From contig CAZHNI010000004.1 in NCBI GenBank assembly GCA_964533715.1, positions 13,741 through 77,740 on the forward strand: DNA of 64,000 nucleotides. Reading direction: 5' to 3'. The position numbers were made by a program, and so were the translations under genes. A model generated the notes under the pieces. That model made no database searches. It saw only the letters and a program-made list of their open reading frames with translations, and was not told where the DNA came from. Below are positions 8,097 through 18,734 of the stretch, one piece after another (positions within the stretch are counted from its first letter, which is position 1; each line of letters opens with the position of its first letter). Source of the DNA: an uncultured Gammaproteobacteria bacterium. GTDB taxonomy: Bacteria > Patescibacteriota > Patescibacteriia > Magasanikbacterales > GWA2-37-8.

Positions 8097-9200
8097 ATGT
8101 CAAAGGATTATTATAAAATTTTAGGCGTGGAGAAAAACGCTTCGACCGATGAGATAAAAAAAGCGTTCAAAAAATTGGCCATGCAACACCACCCCGATAG
8201 GCCAGGTGGCAATGAAGCGAAGTTTAAGGAAGTAAATGAGGCTTACCAGGTTTTGAGCGACCAAAGCAAACGTCAAAAATACGACCAATTTGGGTCCGAT
8301 TTTGAACAACAAGGTGGTTTTGGCGGCGGTGCCGGGTGGGAAGATTTTATGCGTGCCGCCCGCGGCCAAGGTGGGGGCGGTTTTGAATTTAATTTTGGCG
8401 GTGGTGATTTTGGCGATATTTTTGGAGACCTGTTTGGCGGAGGCGGCAGAGGGCGCCCTCGGCAGGGTGGGCAAACGCGCGGGCGAGATATTCAAGTGGA
8501 TGTAGAATTAGATTTTAAAGAAGCGGCCTTTGGCGTGGAACGCGTAATAAACCTACGCAAACAAAGCAAATGTGACGTATGTAATGGTTCTGGTGGTGAA
8601 CCTGGCAGTAAAATGGATTCGTGCGGCGAATGTAAGGGGCAGGGTCAAGTTGTACAAGTTCAACGTACTTTTTTAGGAGCTATGCAAACGGTTGTTACAT
8701 GTGCAACTTGCCATGGCCGCGGCCAAACACACAGTAAAAAATGCAAACATTGTAGTGGTCACGGAGTACTTGCGAAATCAACCACCAACAAAGTTAAAAT
8801 TCCGGCCGGTATCGATAATGGACAATCCATACGCGTCTCTGGGCACGGTGAGGCGGCCCCCCACGGCGGACAGAGTGGCGATTTGTATGTACAGGTTCAT
8901 GTAAAACCTTCCCAACAATTCGAGCGTGACGGATCTGATGTCTACACCACTGCGGAAATTAATTTTCCACAAGCCGTGCTTGGTGACCATATTGGGGTGG
9001 AGACAATTGATGGCACAGTAAAAGTAGTGGTTCCCGAAGGTACTGAATCCGGTCAGTTAATACGCCTACGCGGTAAAGGCATTCAACACCTTTCGGGCAG
9101 TGGTAGGGGAGACCATTACGTACGCGTTAAAATAAATGTCCCGCGTAAAGTTAATAAAAATGCTAAGAAACTTCTGGAAGATTTAAAAAAAGAGTTATAA
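8097..9200 (+). CDS. dnaJ: molecular chaperone DnaJ
   Basis: Has a J-domain (DYYKILGV...HPDR), a Gly-rich linker, four CxxCxGxG zinc-finger repeats and a C-terminal domain. Confidence 0.95.
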   Translation: MSKDYYKILGVEKNASTDEIKKAFKKLAMQHHPDRPGGNEAKFKEVNEAYQVLSDQSKRQKYDQFGSDFEQQGGFGGGAGWEDFMRAARGQGGGGFEFNFGGGDFGDIFGDLFGGGGRGRPRQGGQTRGRDIQVDVELDFKEAAFGVERVINLRKQSKCDVCNGSGGEPGSKMDSCGECKGQGQVVQVQRTFLGAMQTVVTCATCHGRGQTHSKKCKHCSGHGVLAKSTTNKVKIPAGIDNGQSIRVSGHGEAAPHGGQSGDLYVQVHVKPSQQFERDGSDVYTTAEINFPQAVLGDHIGVETIDGTVKVVVPEGTESGQLIRLRGKGIQHLSGSGRGDHYVRVKINVPRKVNKNAKKLLEDLKKEL

Positions 9201-9208
9201 AGTAACTG

Positions 9209-9236
9209 TACACCTCCTACCAGGAGGTGTTTTGAT
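9209..9236 (+). terminator. intrinsic terminator CACCTCC-TACCA-GGAGGTG + TTTT
   Basis: Perfect 7-bp stem followed by a T-run, 10 nt after the dnaJ stop. Confidence 0.65.
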
Positions 9237-9301
9237 AAAAATTGCTTAGTGCGTTATACTAGAGACTGTACAATGAGCATGTTTTATTTTTATATTTCAA
9301 T

Positions 9302-10414
9302 ATGAAAAAGTCTAATGGAGGGCCAAAAATAGTAATAGCGGTGTGTTTGGTTATACTTATCACGCTTACAATTGTAGCCATGGTGGTTGCCTCAACTCAA
9401 AAAACTTCAGCCAAGTCTGTACTCGATTTAACGCTTAGTAGTTTAAAGCAACAACCAACCATACAAGTAAATGGTATATTAACGGTATTTGATGCGGCTA
9501 AAAAGCCTTTTATTCCCGCGGTATATTTTTCTGTTTCCACGTCTCCGGAAAAAGCCACTGCTCTATGGAAGCTTATTCCACAAAATAATCGTCCAGAAAA
9601 AATTAAGCTCAGTGGCCTTGAAGCTTTGCGTTGGAAAAATACTCTTTCGCTGAATAATTTAAATAGTATTCTCGCCACGTTGTGGCCGCTCTATAAAGGC
9701 AGCAGCTCAACTCCCGAACAAATTGCTTTTTTTAAACCGCCGCTCAAAAAATTAACCGGTATATATGTCCAGCCAGTCATTGGCAAAACAGATTATTTGC
9801 CGCGTCAAATTACACTCGGTTGGTTTGCTTTGCAGGGCAAAAAAACCTATTCAGTTAGAATTGCCTTGCAATTAAGCGGTTTTATTTCACCTCAAAAAAT
9901 AGCCCCAGACAAAAACGCCCAAACGGTAGTAAAATCAGTTACATCTTCACAAGAGCAAACCAGCCAACAAGATAATTTTTTAGCTCAAAACCAACCGGTC
10001 AATTCTCCATCTGCTCCAGGCAGAGCAGTTGATGTATTTGGAAATGGTGGAGTACAATCTAAAATGGTAGACAATCTGGGTGTGTCTGCAGGCCGAGACG
10101 CGCAGCGCCTTAACGATCTCAAAGCGTTGCAAACCGCGCTTGAGTTATATTTTTCTGACCAAGGAGCGTATCCGTCTGGCGTTGGTATTGCGCTTGGGGT
10201 ATCTGGCCACGATTGTTTAAATAGCGATGGTTGGGCTTCGAGTGCCGATTGCCCGTATCCGTATATGATGCGCGTGCCTAAAGACCCAGGGTCGGCTACG
10301 TATGTGTATACACAAACCAATTTATCTTATTATATTGATGCTCAATTGGAAGGCTCACAGAATAGTCTCAGTGAGTCAATTAGGCTAACTCCAGCAGGAA
10401 TTGCAAATCGATAG
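9302..10414 (+). CDS. membrane-anchored protein with a pseudopilin/type IV pilin-like C-terminal domain
   Basis: Has an N-terminal TM helix. The C-terminal segment RDAQRLNDLKALQTALELYFSDQGAYPSG resembles GspG/pilin globular-domain starts, but there is no prepilin leader. Confidence 0.4.
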   Translation: MKKSNGGPKIVIAVCLVILITLTIVAMVVASTQKTSAKSVLDLTLSSLKQQPTIQVNGILTVFDAAKKPFIPAVYFSVSTSPEKATALWKLIPQNNRPEKIKLSGLEALRWKNTLSLNNLNSILATLWPLYKGSSSTPEQIAFFKPPLKKLTGIYVQPVIGKTDYLPRQITLGWFALQGKKTYSVRIALQLSGFISPQKIAPDKNAQTVVKSVTSSQEQTSQQDNFLAQNQPVNSPSAPGRAVDVFGNGGVQSKMVDNLGVSAGRDAQRLNDLKALQTALELYFSDQGAYPSGVGIALGVSGHDCLNSDGWASSADCPYPYMMRVPKDPGSATYVYTQTNLSYYIDAQLEGSQNSLSESIRLTPAGIANR

Positions 10415-10419
10415 CTTGT

Positions 10420-10938
10420 ATGGTAAAAAACGGCAAGAGCGAATTTGAAAAATTTTATAATACCCATTTAGACAAAGTGTATCGCTTTGTTTTTTTTCGT
10501 AGTGGGGCAAATAAAGAATTGACCGAAGATTTGGTATCTGAAATTTTTATGAAAGCTTTGGAACACTTTGATAGCTACGACGAAACACTCAGTCAGAGTG
10601 CTTGGGTTATGACAATTGCCCGTAACCATCTTATTAACTATTGGCGAGACAATAAAAAAACCTATAGTTTGCCGGAGAGCCAGGAGCTTGAGGATGGGGA
10701 CTCGACAGTAGATGCATTTTGGCTAAAATCAGCTAAACATTTTTTTGATAAAGAGCAAAATAGGCGCGAAGTATATGAAGCTTTAGCCAAATTATCGCCC
10801 GAAGATGCTGAAATTGTAACCTTTCACTACCTTTTGGGGTATAGTTACTCAGAAATAGCCGCAATTAAACACACCTCGGAAGGAGCAATTAAAGTTGCTG
10901 CCCACCGGGCAATAAAAAAATTACGCATTGTTGTATGA
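10420..10938 (+). CDS. RNA polymerase sigma factor, sigma-70/ECF family
   Basis: Region 2 (DLVSEIFMKALEHFDSYD...AWVMTIARNHLINYWR) and region 4 (LSPEDAEIVTFHYLLGYSYSEIA) patterns are present. Confidence 0.8.
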   Translation: MVKNGKSEFEKFYNTHLDKVYRFVFFRSGANKELTEDLVSEIFMKALEHFDSYDETLSQSAWVMTIARNHLINYWRDNKKTYSLPESQELEDGDSTVDAFWLKSAKHFFDKEQNRREVYEALAKLSPEDAEIVTFHYLLGYSYSEIAAIKHTSEGAIKVAAHRAIKKLRIVV

Positions 10939-11816
10939 AATGGTTTCGCTACAACGCATGGAAAATCAAAAAGGATGTGAAACCAACAGCCAGGTTTCGA
11001 GCTGCACTTTCTAAAAAATTGTCAGCCGCGTGGCTGAATTCCTACCCCCGCCTTTCATGGTATAAGGTACATATTACCCAAATCATTAGTGCTAGTATTG
11101 CCGGAATAGTGCTCGCGGGGAGTGTTGGTACAGGCGCCTATGCTTATACTAGCCCGGATGTTACTGAAGGTCACCCACTTTACCCGCTGAAACAAACCAT
11201 AGAAAAAGTTGAAGAAAAAACACAAAGTTCGCCAGAAGCTAAGGCTCAATTTTATCTTAAACAATTAGCCAGGCGTGAAGCTGAAAAAAAGGTGCTCGAG
11301 CGAAAACAAAAACAAACGCAAAAATTGGAAGATCAGATGGATCGCGTTGAGAATAAATTAGAGACGGTTGAGCGACAAATAAATACCAGTACACTCGTTA
11401 CGAACACGGCCCTCCGAATCAAGATATACAACGCATTTCAAGAGCATCGCGAACGGCTGGAAAATAGAAAAAATATTTTAGCCAATCGTCTTCAAGAAAA
11501 AGATGGTGTTAAAGATACGACAAGCACAGAACCAAGCGACTTTGAAAATTTTTCAGATACTATTAAGATAGTACCAAATTATCAAGCCACAACAACGCAA
11601 GTCGAAGGGCAGCGCAAATATTTTTTCGACGCTCAAAAAAAACGGTTTGAACAAATTAACCAGCGCATTAAACGTATTAATGAAAAGCTCGACCGTTTAG
11701 AAAACGTTTCTTCTTCTGCTCAAGAAGAACCGAGTGGTGACCAGGAACTAAAGCGTGCCAAATCCGATAATGTAAAAATTGAACGCCAGGAACTAAAAGA
11801 CGAGAACCAAGAGTAA
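10935..11816 (+). CDS. putative anti-sigma factor-like membrane protein (single TM, coiled-coil)
   Basis: Its start overlaps the sigma-factor stop (ATGA). One TM helix (ISASIAGIVLAGSVGTGAYA) is followed by charged coiled-coil sequence. Confidence 0.4.
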   Translation: MKWFRYNAWKIKKDVKPTARFRAALSKKLSAAWLNSYPRLSWYKVHITQIISASIAGIVLAGSVGTGAYAYTSPDVTEGHPLYPLKQTIEKVEEKTQSSPEAKAQFYLKQLARREAEKKVLERKQKQTQKLEDQMDRVENKLETVERQINTSTLVTNTALRIKIYNAFQEHRERLENRKNILANRLQEKDGVKDTTSTEPSDFENFSDTIKIVPNYQATTTQVEGQRKYFFDAQKKRFEQINQRIKRINEKLDRLENVSSSAQEEPSGDQELKRAKSDNVKIERQELKDENQE

Positions 11817-11888
11817 CAAGATTAAATAGCACGATTTCGTATCGTCGAAACGAAATTATTAATTAATTTTTAAAAAAATGTATATTAT

Positions 11889-12812
11889 ATGAAAAAAATA
11901 TTTGCCACACTAACTATTTTAACTCTTGCTTTGGTGCAAACGGCCCCAGCGTTTGCCTCAGAAGCAACCAGCACATTGTCTACCGTTAAACGCGGAGAAG
12001 CAGTACGCGAATTACGTAAAGATATTAATGAACAGCGTAAAGAATTACAAGATAAGTTTAAAGATGAGCGCAAGACCGCCGAAAATAAGCTAAAGGAAGA
12101 AAAAAAAGATTTACAGAACAAGTTTAAAGATGAATTACAAAAGTTAAATGATTCCTTTAAACAAAAACGTGATGAATTGAGGAAAAAATTGTTTCGTCGG
12201 CAAGTAAATATTCGCGGAGAATTAACTACAATAAGCGGGGCTACTTTGCCAGCCACGCTAACGGTAAAAGTTAGTTCTATTTCACCAGATTTTCATGAGC
12301 AGTGGGCTACGGTTTCAAGTTCAACATTTCCAACTAAAGATTCAGTAGTTACAGTTAAAATCGACAATAAAGCAAGGTCAGTGCGCCGTTTTTGGGGCAA
12401 GAGTTCGCTAGATGAGTTTACCGCCGGCGACGCAATCCACGTGGTAGGCCGTTTAAACGCCGATGGCACCATCTCGGCATCGGTTGTACAAGATAATTCA
12501 ATTCAGGCGACTCACGCAGTGCGTGTCGGAACAATTGCTTCTCTGGATACCGCCGCCAAATCATTCACTTTAAATGCTGCTGGTTCATCGACATTAGCAT
12601 TCATCGTTAAAACCAGTAGTGCTACTCAGTTTAAGATTCCTGGATTAACCACCAGCACATTTTCCAACCTAAATGTAGGCGATAAAGTATGGGTTCGCGG
12701 TGTTGTAAACACGCGCACCAAAGTAATTAATGCCAGTGTTGTTAAGGTAATGAAGTCATTAGTCACTCCAACGTCACCAACGTCACCAACCTCAACTGCT
12801 TCATCGATCTAA
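11889..12812 (+). CDS. secreted coiled-coil/beta-repeat protein (DUF5666-like)
   Basis: Has a signal peptide (MKKIFATLTILTLALVQTAPAFA), a K/E-rich coiled coil, then repeated beta-rich modules and a PTSPTSPTS tail. Confidence 0.4.
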   Translation: MKKIFATLTILTLALVQTAPAFASEATSTLSTVKRGEAVRELRKDINEQRKELQDKFKDERKTAENKLKEEKKDLQNKFKDELQKLNDSFKQKRDELRKKLFRRQVNIRGELTTISGATLPATLTVKVSSISPDFHEQWATVSSSTFPTKDSVVTVKIDNKARSVRRFWGKSSLDEFTAGDAIHVVGRLNADGTISASVVQDNSIQATHAVRVGTIASLDTAAKSFTLNAAGSSTLAFIVKTSSATQFKIPGLTTSTFSNLNVGDKVWVRGVVNTRTKVINASVVKVMKSLVTPTSPTSPTSTASSI

Positions 12813-12823
12813 ATAGTATCACA

Positions 12824-12852
12824 AAAACAGACCCCAGAAGGGCCTGTTTTTT
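12824..12852. terminator. bidirectional intrinsic terminator between convergent genes
   Basis: Hairpin ACAGACC/GGCCTGT flanked by an A-run upstream and a T-run downstream. It lies between the stop of 11889..12812 (+) and the stop of rnhA (-). Confidence 0.5.
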
Positions 12853-13255
12853 ATTTCATTTTTTCATCCAGAACTTTATTTACCTCAGCGTCGGCTTCTT
12901 TATTCCCTGCTCGCAAAGTGTGCCGATATGTTACCTTTTTAAATTGGGCGGCTACATTGTATACTTGGATAAACAATTTTTGAAGTGTTGGTTCTTTAAC
13001 TTTATATTCTCGGCGCATCTGTTTTACAACAAGCTCGCTATCAAGCACACAATCTACCTCGGTAGCGCCAAGTTCTTTGGCTTTTTTAAGAGCCGAAAGG
13101 AGCGCAGAGTATTCGGCAAAGTTATTAGTTTGGTTACCAAGGTATTCTCCATAATGAGATAAAATTTCACCGGCCTCATTTTTGATAACAATGCCCGTCG
13201 CGGCCGGTCCAGGGTTACCGCGCGACCCGCCATCGGTGTGAGTAATTAACTTCAT
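12851..13255 (-). CDS. rnhA: ribonuclease HI
   Basis: THTDGGSRGNPGPAATGIVI...NFAEYSAL...GNKEAD matches RNase H catalytic motifs. Confidence 0.9.
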   Translation of the reverse strand: MKLITHTDGGSRGNPGPAATGIVIKNEAGEILSHYGEYLGNQTNNFAEYSALLSALKKAKELGATEVDCVLDSELVVKQMRREYKVKEPTLQKLFIQVYNVAAQFKKVTYRHTLRAGNKEADAEVNKVLDEKMK

Positions 13256-13259
13256 AAGA

Positions 13260-14591
13260 TTAATAGTTTAGTTTCCATAGTCCATGTGTATCTTGCAAAT
13301 AAAGCACTCGATTTGTTGTGTCGGCAGTTACATTTGTTATTCCAGATAGAGCAAATTCATCTTGTATAAGATAATTAGGAAACAGAATTGATAACCGACC
13401 ATCTCGGACGAGCGCCAGAGTATCATATTCATCAAGCGGAGTAACTGAGGATATTGACCCACCAAATCGATTAACTAATTTTGGGTCAGCTCCTTCCTGG
13501 TAATTCCACAACTCGGATGGTGTAGAAATAAACCAAGTATTAGTGAAAGCGGAACGTACTATAGAGCCATGCGGAAACATGAATTGAGTGCCTGGAGTAA
13601 GAAGAGCTGTATCATTAGTGATTTTATTTTTTAGAAAAATACTTTGTCCGGTGGCATAGATAAAACGCCACTGTGCAGAATTGTCCTGGAGAGTTATTTG
13701 TGGCCAACGATTTTTAAAACCAAGGGCATCTTTAGTTATATAAAGAGTAGTAGTTGTTTCCGGATCGAGAGTCCAAAGTTCACTCCCCTCCATAAACCAA
13801 CTTAATAGAGCCTGGGAATTAATAGTTATTTTTTGTTCAGTGCGTGGTAAAAAGCTGTACAGACCATTTGCGGTGCTATAGTAAAGTTCCGGTTCGGCGC
13901 TATTACGCCACTGCCAGTTGGTGATTTCAGTAGTATCTGGCGTAATAATTTTAAATTGTCGGTCAAAATGTTCAGCATCAAAAATTATTAAGTATGTGTA
14001 CGGTTCATTTGTTCCGCTCACCGCCACGTAATTAAATTTTGTTGACCAATGTAGTAATATATCTTGTGTTCCAGGTAAACGTGCCAGCTCACTAATTTTT
14101 TTGGTTGGCACGTTATAAAGCCAAAGGATAGTTGTGGTGGTATTTTTTTGAGGAAATATTACAAATTTACCGTCGAATGATATTTCAGGCTTCTCGAAAG
14201 TTCCAGACGCTATGAGTTCGGGTTTGGTATCGCGAATCAGGTGAAGATTATTTATATATAAAGTTTTACCGTTTTCAATGATAATTTCTTTTTCCCAACT
14301 ATGGTACCCAGGAGCGGTGAGACGCAGCTGATATTTTTGTGGCGAAATATTTGAGAGACGAATGGGAATAGTTTTGTCAAGAAGTAAGTTATTAAGGTAC
14401 GCGTTGGTTTGTTTGGGAACCACGTCTATACTGATGCTGCCAGTTTCTCGCCAAAAACCGTTGCGCGCATCATAACGAAATCCGGCAGTATAGAAAAGTA
14501 CCAAAGGCAGCGAAACACAAAAAATAATTAAAAAAATTATAAAAGTAAGCAGGCGCCAACGGTGTGTAAATATTGATCCTGGATATTCCAT
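13260..14591 (-). CDS. hypothetical membrane-anchored protein
   Basis: N-terminal TM helix with a large extracytoplasmic domain and no recognised motif. Confidence 0.4.
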   Translation of the reverse strand: MEYPGSIFTHRWRLLTFIIFLIIFCVSLPLVLFYTAGFRYDARNGFWRETGSISIDVVPKQTNAYLNNLLLDKTIPIRLSNISPQKYQLRLTAPGYHSWEKEIIIENGKTLYINNLHLIRDTKPELIASGTFEKPEISFDGKFVIFPQKNTTTTILWLYNVPTKKISELARLPGTQDILLHWSTKFNYVAVSGTNEPYTYLIIFDAEHFDRQFKIITPDTTEITNWQWRNSAEPELYYSTANGLYSFLPRTEQKITINSQALLSWFMEGSELWTLDPETTTTLYITKDALGFKNRWPQITLQDNSAQWRFIYATGQSIFLKNKITNDTALLTPGTQFMFPHGSIVRSAFTNTWFISTPSELWNYQEGADPKLVNRFGGSISSVTPLDEYDTLALVRDGRLSILFPNYLIQDEFALSGITNVTADTTNRVLYLQDTHGLWKLNY

Positions 14592-14608
14592 GGAAAAAGC
14601 ACTAAAAG

Positions 14609-15982
14609 TTGCTAAAATATACTCTGTACGGTATACTTAATAATACGCGAAAAATAACTATCAGTCAAAGCTATATGTCATATTTAACAATCAAAGGCGG
14701 GGGAAAATTACATGGTACAATTGAAAATCAAACTTCTAAAAATGCCGCTGAAGCAATTATTTGTGCAAGTGTGATGATTGGGGGCAAGACCACGCTTCGC
14801 GATGTCCCCAAGATCGAAAGCGTCAATCGTATTTTGGAACTTCTTGCAAGTATTGGCGTTCATATTGAGTGGACAAACGACGCGCGGTTAATACTGGACT
14901 CATCAGGGCCACTCGCGCTACAGTCTATGGACCGCCACGCCGCGGAAGTCGCTCGGACCTCGCTCCTACTCATGGGGGCCCTATCGTCTCGAACTAAACA
15001 ATATAAATTATATCGCTCTGGTGGTTGCCATTTGGGAGAGCGAACCGTAAGGCCTCATTTGTTCGCACTCAAAAAATTAGGTGTTCATGTTACCACACAT
15101 GACGGTTATTATAATATTAAAAATGATGCAGAACGGCGCGGCACCAAAGTAGTAATGTATGAATCTGGCGATACTACAACCGAAAATGCCATCATGGCGG
15201 CGGTATTAGCCAAAGGAACTACCATTATCAAAATGGCTTCGGCCAACTACATGGTGCAAGATTTGTGTTACTTTTTGGTGTCGGCTGGAGCGGATATTTC
15301 AGGAATTGGAACTACTACGCTTGTCATCAATGGCGTTAAAAAATTACACTCAGTAGACAATTATCCGGTTATGCCAGACCCGATTGCGGCCATGACTTTT
15401 GTTGCCGCCGCCATTGTTACCGGTTCCACGCTTACAGTGACAAATTGTCCGTTGGAATTTTTAGAATTAGAATTAGAAAAACTTTTGGTGATGGGCCAGA
15501 AGTTTGAAATTAAAAATCAACGCCAATCCAAAAATGGTTTTTTCGATATTGTAGATATCAAAATAATGCCAAGCCTGCTCAAGGCTTTGCCCGATAAAGT
15601 ATATGGCCGTCCGTTCCCTGGTTTAAATATTGATAATCTGCCATTTTTTATTCCTATTCTCACGCAGGCTACAGGCCGCTCGCTCGTGCATGATTGGGCT
15701 TATGAAAACCGTGCGGTGTATGCGTTAGAACTGCAAAAATTGGGCGCCGCTATCACATTGCTCGACCCGCACCGTTTGTGGGTTGAAGGGCCAACTATTT
15801 TTACTTCCAACGAAATTATTTGTCCACCAGCACTCCGACCAGCCGTTAATATTCTACTCTGTATGTTAGCCGCAAAAGGTACATCAGTTTTACGAAATAC
15901 CTACATAATAGATCGTGGCTATGAAAATTTATATGCTGTTTTAAACAAAGCCGGTGCGGACATCACAGTCCACAAGGAATAA
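14609..15982 (+). CDS. murA: UDP-N-acetylglucosamine 1-carboxyvinyltransferase MurA
   Basis: MurA/EPSP-fold motifs are present (LTIKGGGKLHGTI...KNAAEAIICASVMIGGKTTL). The true start is probably the internal ATG near 14672. Confidence 0.85.
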   Translation: MLKYTLYGILNNTRKITISQSYMSYLTIKGGGKLHGTIENQTSKNAAEAIICASVMIGGKTTLRDVPKIESVNRILELLASIGVHIEWTNDARLILDSSGPLALQSMDRHAAEVARTSLLLMGALSSRTKQYKLYRSGGCHLGERTVRPHLFALKKLGVHVTTHDGYYNIKNDAERRGTKVVMYESGDTTTENAIMAAVLAKGTTIIKMASANYMVQDLCYFLVSAGADISGIGTTTLVINGVKKLHSVDNYPVMPDPIAAMTFVAAAIVTGSTLTVTNCPLEFLELELEKLLVMGQKFEIKNQRQSKNGFFDIVDIKIMPSLLKALPDKVYGRPFPGLNIDNLPFFIPILTQATGRSLVHDWAYENRAVYALELQKLGAAITLLDPHRLWVEGPTIFTSNEIICPPALRPAVNILLCMLAAKGTSVLRNTYIIDRGYENLYAVLNKAGADITVHKE

Positions 15983-15994
15983 CTTCGTTATATT

Positions 15995-17266
15995 ATGGAT
16001 TCATCTTCATCTAACGGGCAACAAGTTGATAGCCGAGTTCGTTTTCACACATGGGTAATTTTTGTAGTGTTAGCGTTTGGTGTAGGTATTTTCGTTGGCC
16101 GAAAACAAATCGCAGGTTCGTCCCCATTGTCCGCTTCCAGTACCAGTGGAATAATTAATGTAGTTAACCAAGATCGTCTTGAGTCGCACGCCAAAAGTGT
16201 GGAGTTTAATCAATTTTGGCAAATTTGGGATCGTATTGAAAAAAAATTTGTTCACCAACCGGTTAAAGAGTCAGATATTTTTTATGGAGCCTTACAAGGC
16301 ATGGTAGCCGGTCTTGGTGATCCGTATTCAACATTTTTTCCTCCTAAAGCCGCCAGCGAATTTATAAAAAGTTTGTCTGGAGAGTTTAGCGGCATTGGTG
16401 CCGAAATTGGAATTAAAAATGGCGACTTAGTTGTAGTTGCCCCTCTGCCCAGTTCACCAGCCGAGCAAGCCGGGCTACGACCCGGGGACAAGATTGTGGC
16501 AATTGACGCGCTCCCGACGGCGGGGATGGATGTTAATACGGCGGTGATGCACATTCGTGGGCCGGCTGGGACTACCACCACTCTTTTTATTGCCCGTGAT
16601 GGTGTAAGTAAAGGCAAAGAATATATTATCAAACGGGCCAACATTAACGTACCGGCTATAATTATGAAAATACTGCCGGGGAATGTTGCTCATATTCGTA
16701 TTATGCAATTTAACGATCGTACCATGCCAGAGTTTTTAAATTCAATTAATGAAATAAAAAGAAAGCCTGTTGCCGGATTAATTATTGACTTGCGCAACAA
16801 TCCGGGTGGGCTCTTAGACAGCGCTGTTAGCATGGCCAGTCAATGGATAGAAAATGGGATTATAGTAAAAGAAAAACTATTCGATGGGAGCGAGCGTGTT
16901 CACGAAACAGAAGGCGATCATCCGCTCACCAAATACAAAACTGTTGTACTCATCAACGGCGGCTCAGCCTCAGCTTCAGAAATTGTAGCGGGGGCTCTTC
17001 ACGATCATAATAAAGCAACAATTATTGGTGAAAAATCATTTGGTAAAGGGTCGGTGCAAGATTTAGAAGAATTTTCGGACGGTTCTTCGCTCAAGCTCAC
17101 TATTGCCGAGTGGTTTACTCCTAACGGTGTTAATATTAATCAAAAGGGCATTGTGCCGGATATTGAAGTTAAAGAGGACTTTGAGAAAGAAAAAATTGGC
17201 GAAGATGTTATGATTAAAAAAGCCCTCGAATTATTAATTGGGGCTTCGACAACGGCCTCACTCTAA
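15995..17266 (+). CDS. ctpA: carboxyl-terminal processing protease (S41, PDZ-containing)
   Basis: Has a PDZ domain (GIGAEIGIKNGDLVVVAPLPSSPAEQAGLRPGDKI) and an S41 core (IIDLRNNPGGLLDSAV...GASASASEIVAGAL). Confidence 0.85.
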   Translation: MDSSSSNGQQVDSRVRFHTWVIFVVLAFGVGIFVGRKQIAGSSPLSASSTSGIINVVNQDRLESHAKSVEFNQFWQIWDRIEKKFVHQPVKESDIFYGALQGMVAGLGDPYSTFFPPKAASEFIKSLSGEFSGIGAEIGIKNGDLVVVAPLPSSPAEQAGLRPGDKIVAIDALPTAGMDVNTAVMHIRGPAGTTTTLFIARDGVSKGKEYIIKRANINVPAIIMKILPGNVAHIRIMQFNDRTMPEFLNSINEIKRKPVAGLIIDLRNNPGGLLDSAVSMASQWIENGIIVKEKLFDGSERVHETEGDHPLTKYKTVVLINGGSASASEIVAGALHDHNKATIIGEKSFGKGSVQDLEEFSDGSSLKLTIAEWFTPNGVNINQKGIVPDIEVKEDFEKEKIGEDVMIKKALELLIGASTTASL

Positions 17267-17290
17267 AGAAGTTATAAAAATATACTAAGG

Positions 17291-18160
17291 CTAAATGCGG
17301 TCCATCCAGTGTCGATCGGTTTCCACATTTAATTCAAGGTATATTTTTTTATTGGTGGCCTGCTCTAGCTCGCGTCGTGCGCCTTGACCAATTTCTTTAA
17401 TCGCTCGTCCGCCGGCGCCGATAATCATTTGTTTGTAGCGCTGATCAAACGTAAAAATCGTGGCCTTTATAACAATAATTTCTGGCTTTTCTTCCACTTC
17501 GGTAATTTCTACATGGGTAGAATAAGGAACTTCTTTGCGCAAGGCTAAAAATATTTTTTCTCGAATTAATTCCGCAATCCAAAAATTTTTGTCGATGTTA
17601 GTTAATTGTTCTGGCGGGTAGAAAGGTTCGCCTTCGGGAAGGAGTGTAAAAATTTTTTCAATTAACGGCTCGGTATGACGGTTGCGGAGGGCCGATAATT
17701 CAAACACGCTTTCAAATTCTGCGCTTAAAGCACGGTAATCTTCCAAAAATTCTTTTTGTTCTTTGGGGAGGTCGCTTTTATTTATAACTAATATTTTAGG
17801 AACATCAAGCGGGCGTAAGAGCGAGAGTGAAAAACGTTCTTCAGGACCAACTGGTTTTGTGGGGTCGACTACGTACAGAATTACATCAATATCACGAAGG
17901 GCATCTCGTACGCTCTCCAAAAGTTTACCGGCTAAACGGCTGCGTCCTTGTTTAAAAACACCAGGGGTGTCTACTAGCACAGCCTGTCCTTGGGGTCGGT
18001 TAATAACCCCATGAATAAGGTTACGAGTGGTTTGGGGCTTGTCGGTAACGGCTGCAATTTTAGTCCCAACCAGCGTATTCATAAGAGTGGATTTGCCAAC
18101 ATTGGAACGTCCAATTAGGCTTACCATGCCGCTTTTAAGTTGTTTTGTGCCAACTTCCAT
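17291..18160 (-). CDS. era: GTPase Era
   Basis: G1 (GRSNVGKSTL), G3 (DTPG), G4 (NKSD) and the C-terminal KH domain are present. Confidence 0.9.
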   Translation of the reverse strand: MEVGTKQLKSGMVSLIGRSNVGKSTLMNTLVGTKIAAVTDKPQTTRNLIHGVINRPQGQAVLVDTPGVFKQGRSRLAGKLLESVRDALRDIDVILYVVDPTKPVGPEERFSLSLLRPLDVPKILVINKSDLPKEQKEFLEDYRALSAEFESVFELSALRNRHTEPLIEKIFTLLPEGEPFYPPEQLTNIDKNFWIAELIREKIFLALRKEVPYSTHVEITEVEEKPEIIVIKATIFTFDQRYKQMIIGAGGRAIKEIGQGARRELEQATNKKIYLELNVETDRHWMDRI

Positions 18161-18279
18161 AGGCTAATTTGACAAGTAGGTAAATCAGTATTGCTCTCTT
18201 TTTTAAACTATTGTATAATACTAACAGAAATCTTGGTAAAAATCAAGATTAATTTATTGTTAAATTTAAATGAGTTATC

Positions 18280-18723
18280 ATGAAGGTAATTTTGCTACAA
18301 AAAGTCACTGGTCTCGGGAATGCCGATGAAGTAAAAGAAGTCGCCGAAGGGTATGCGCGTAATTTTTTATTTCCCAAGCATTTAGCTGTTCAGGCTTCCG
18401 GCCAAGCTATGCAAGAAAGGGATGCCCACCATCGCAAGCTCGCGAAAGAAGCTGAACAGGATTTAAAAATACAAGAATCGTTAGCCGAAAGATTAGATGG
18501 TCTTGAGATTGAGCTATTTGAAAAATGTAACGAAAATGGGTTGCTCTATGCGGCGGTAACACCTAAAAAGGTAAGCGAGGCACTCGCCAAAATGAATCTA
18601 GCTGTCGACGCTCAGCATATTCATATGCGGCCCATAAAAGAGCTGGGCAACGCAGAAGCAACCATTAAGTTGCAGCATGGTTTGGAGGCTACGGTTGCGC
18701 TGGTAGTGTCCCCAAAAAAATAG
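18280..18723 (+). CDS. rplI: 50S ribosomal protein L9
   Basis: MKVILLQKVTGLGNADEVKEVAEGYARNFLFPKHLAV matches the L9 N-terminal domain. Confidence 0.9.
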   Translation: MKVILLQKVTGLGNADEVKEVAEGYARNFLFPKHLAVQASGQAMQERDAHHRKLAKEAEQDLKIQESLAERLDGLEIELFEKCNENGLLYAAVTPKKVSEALAKMNLAVDAQHIHMRPIKELGNAEATIKLQHGLEATVALVVSPKK

Positions 18724-18734
18724 TTTACTTTTAC

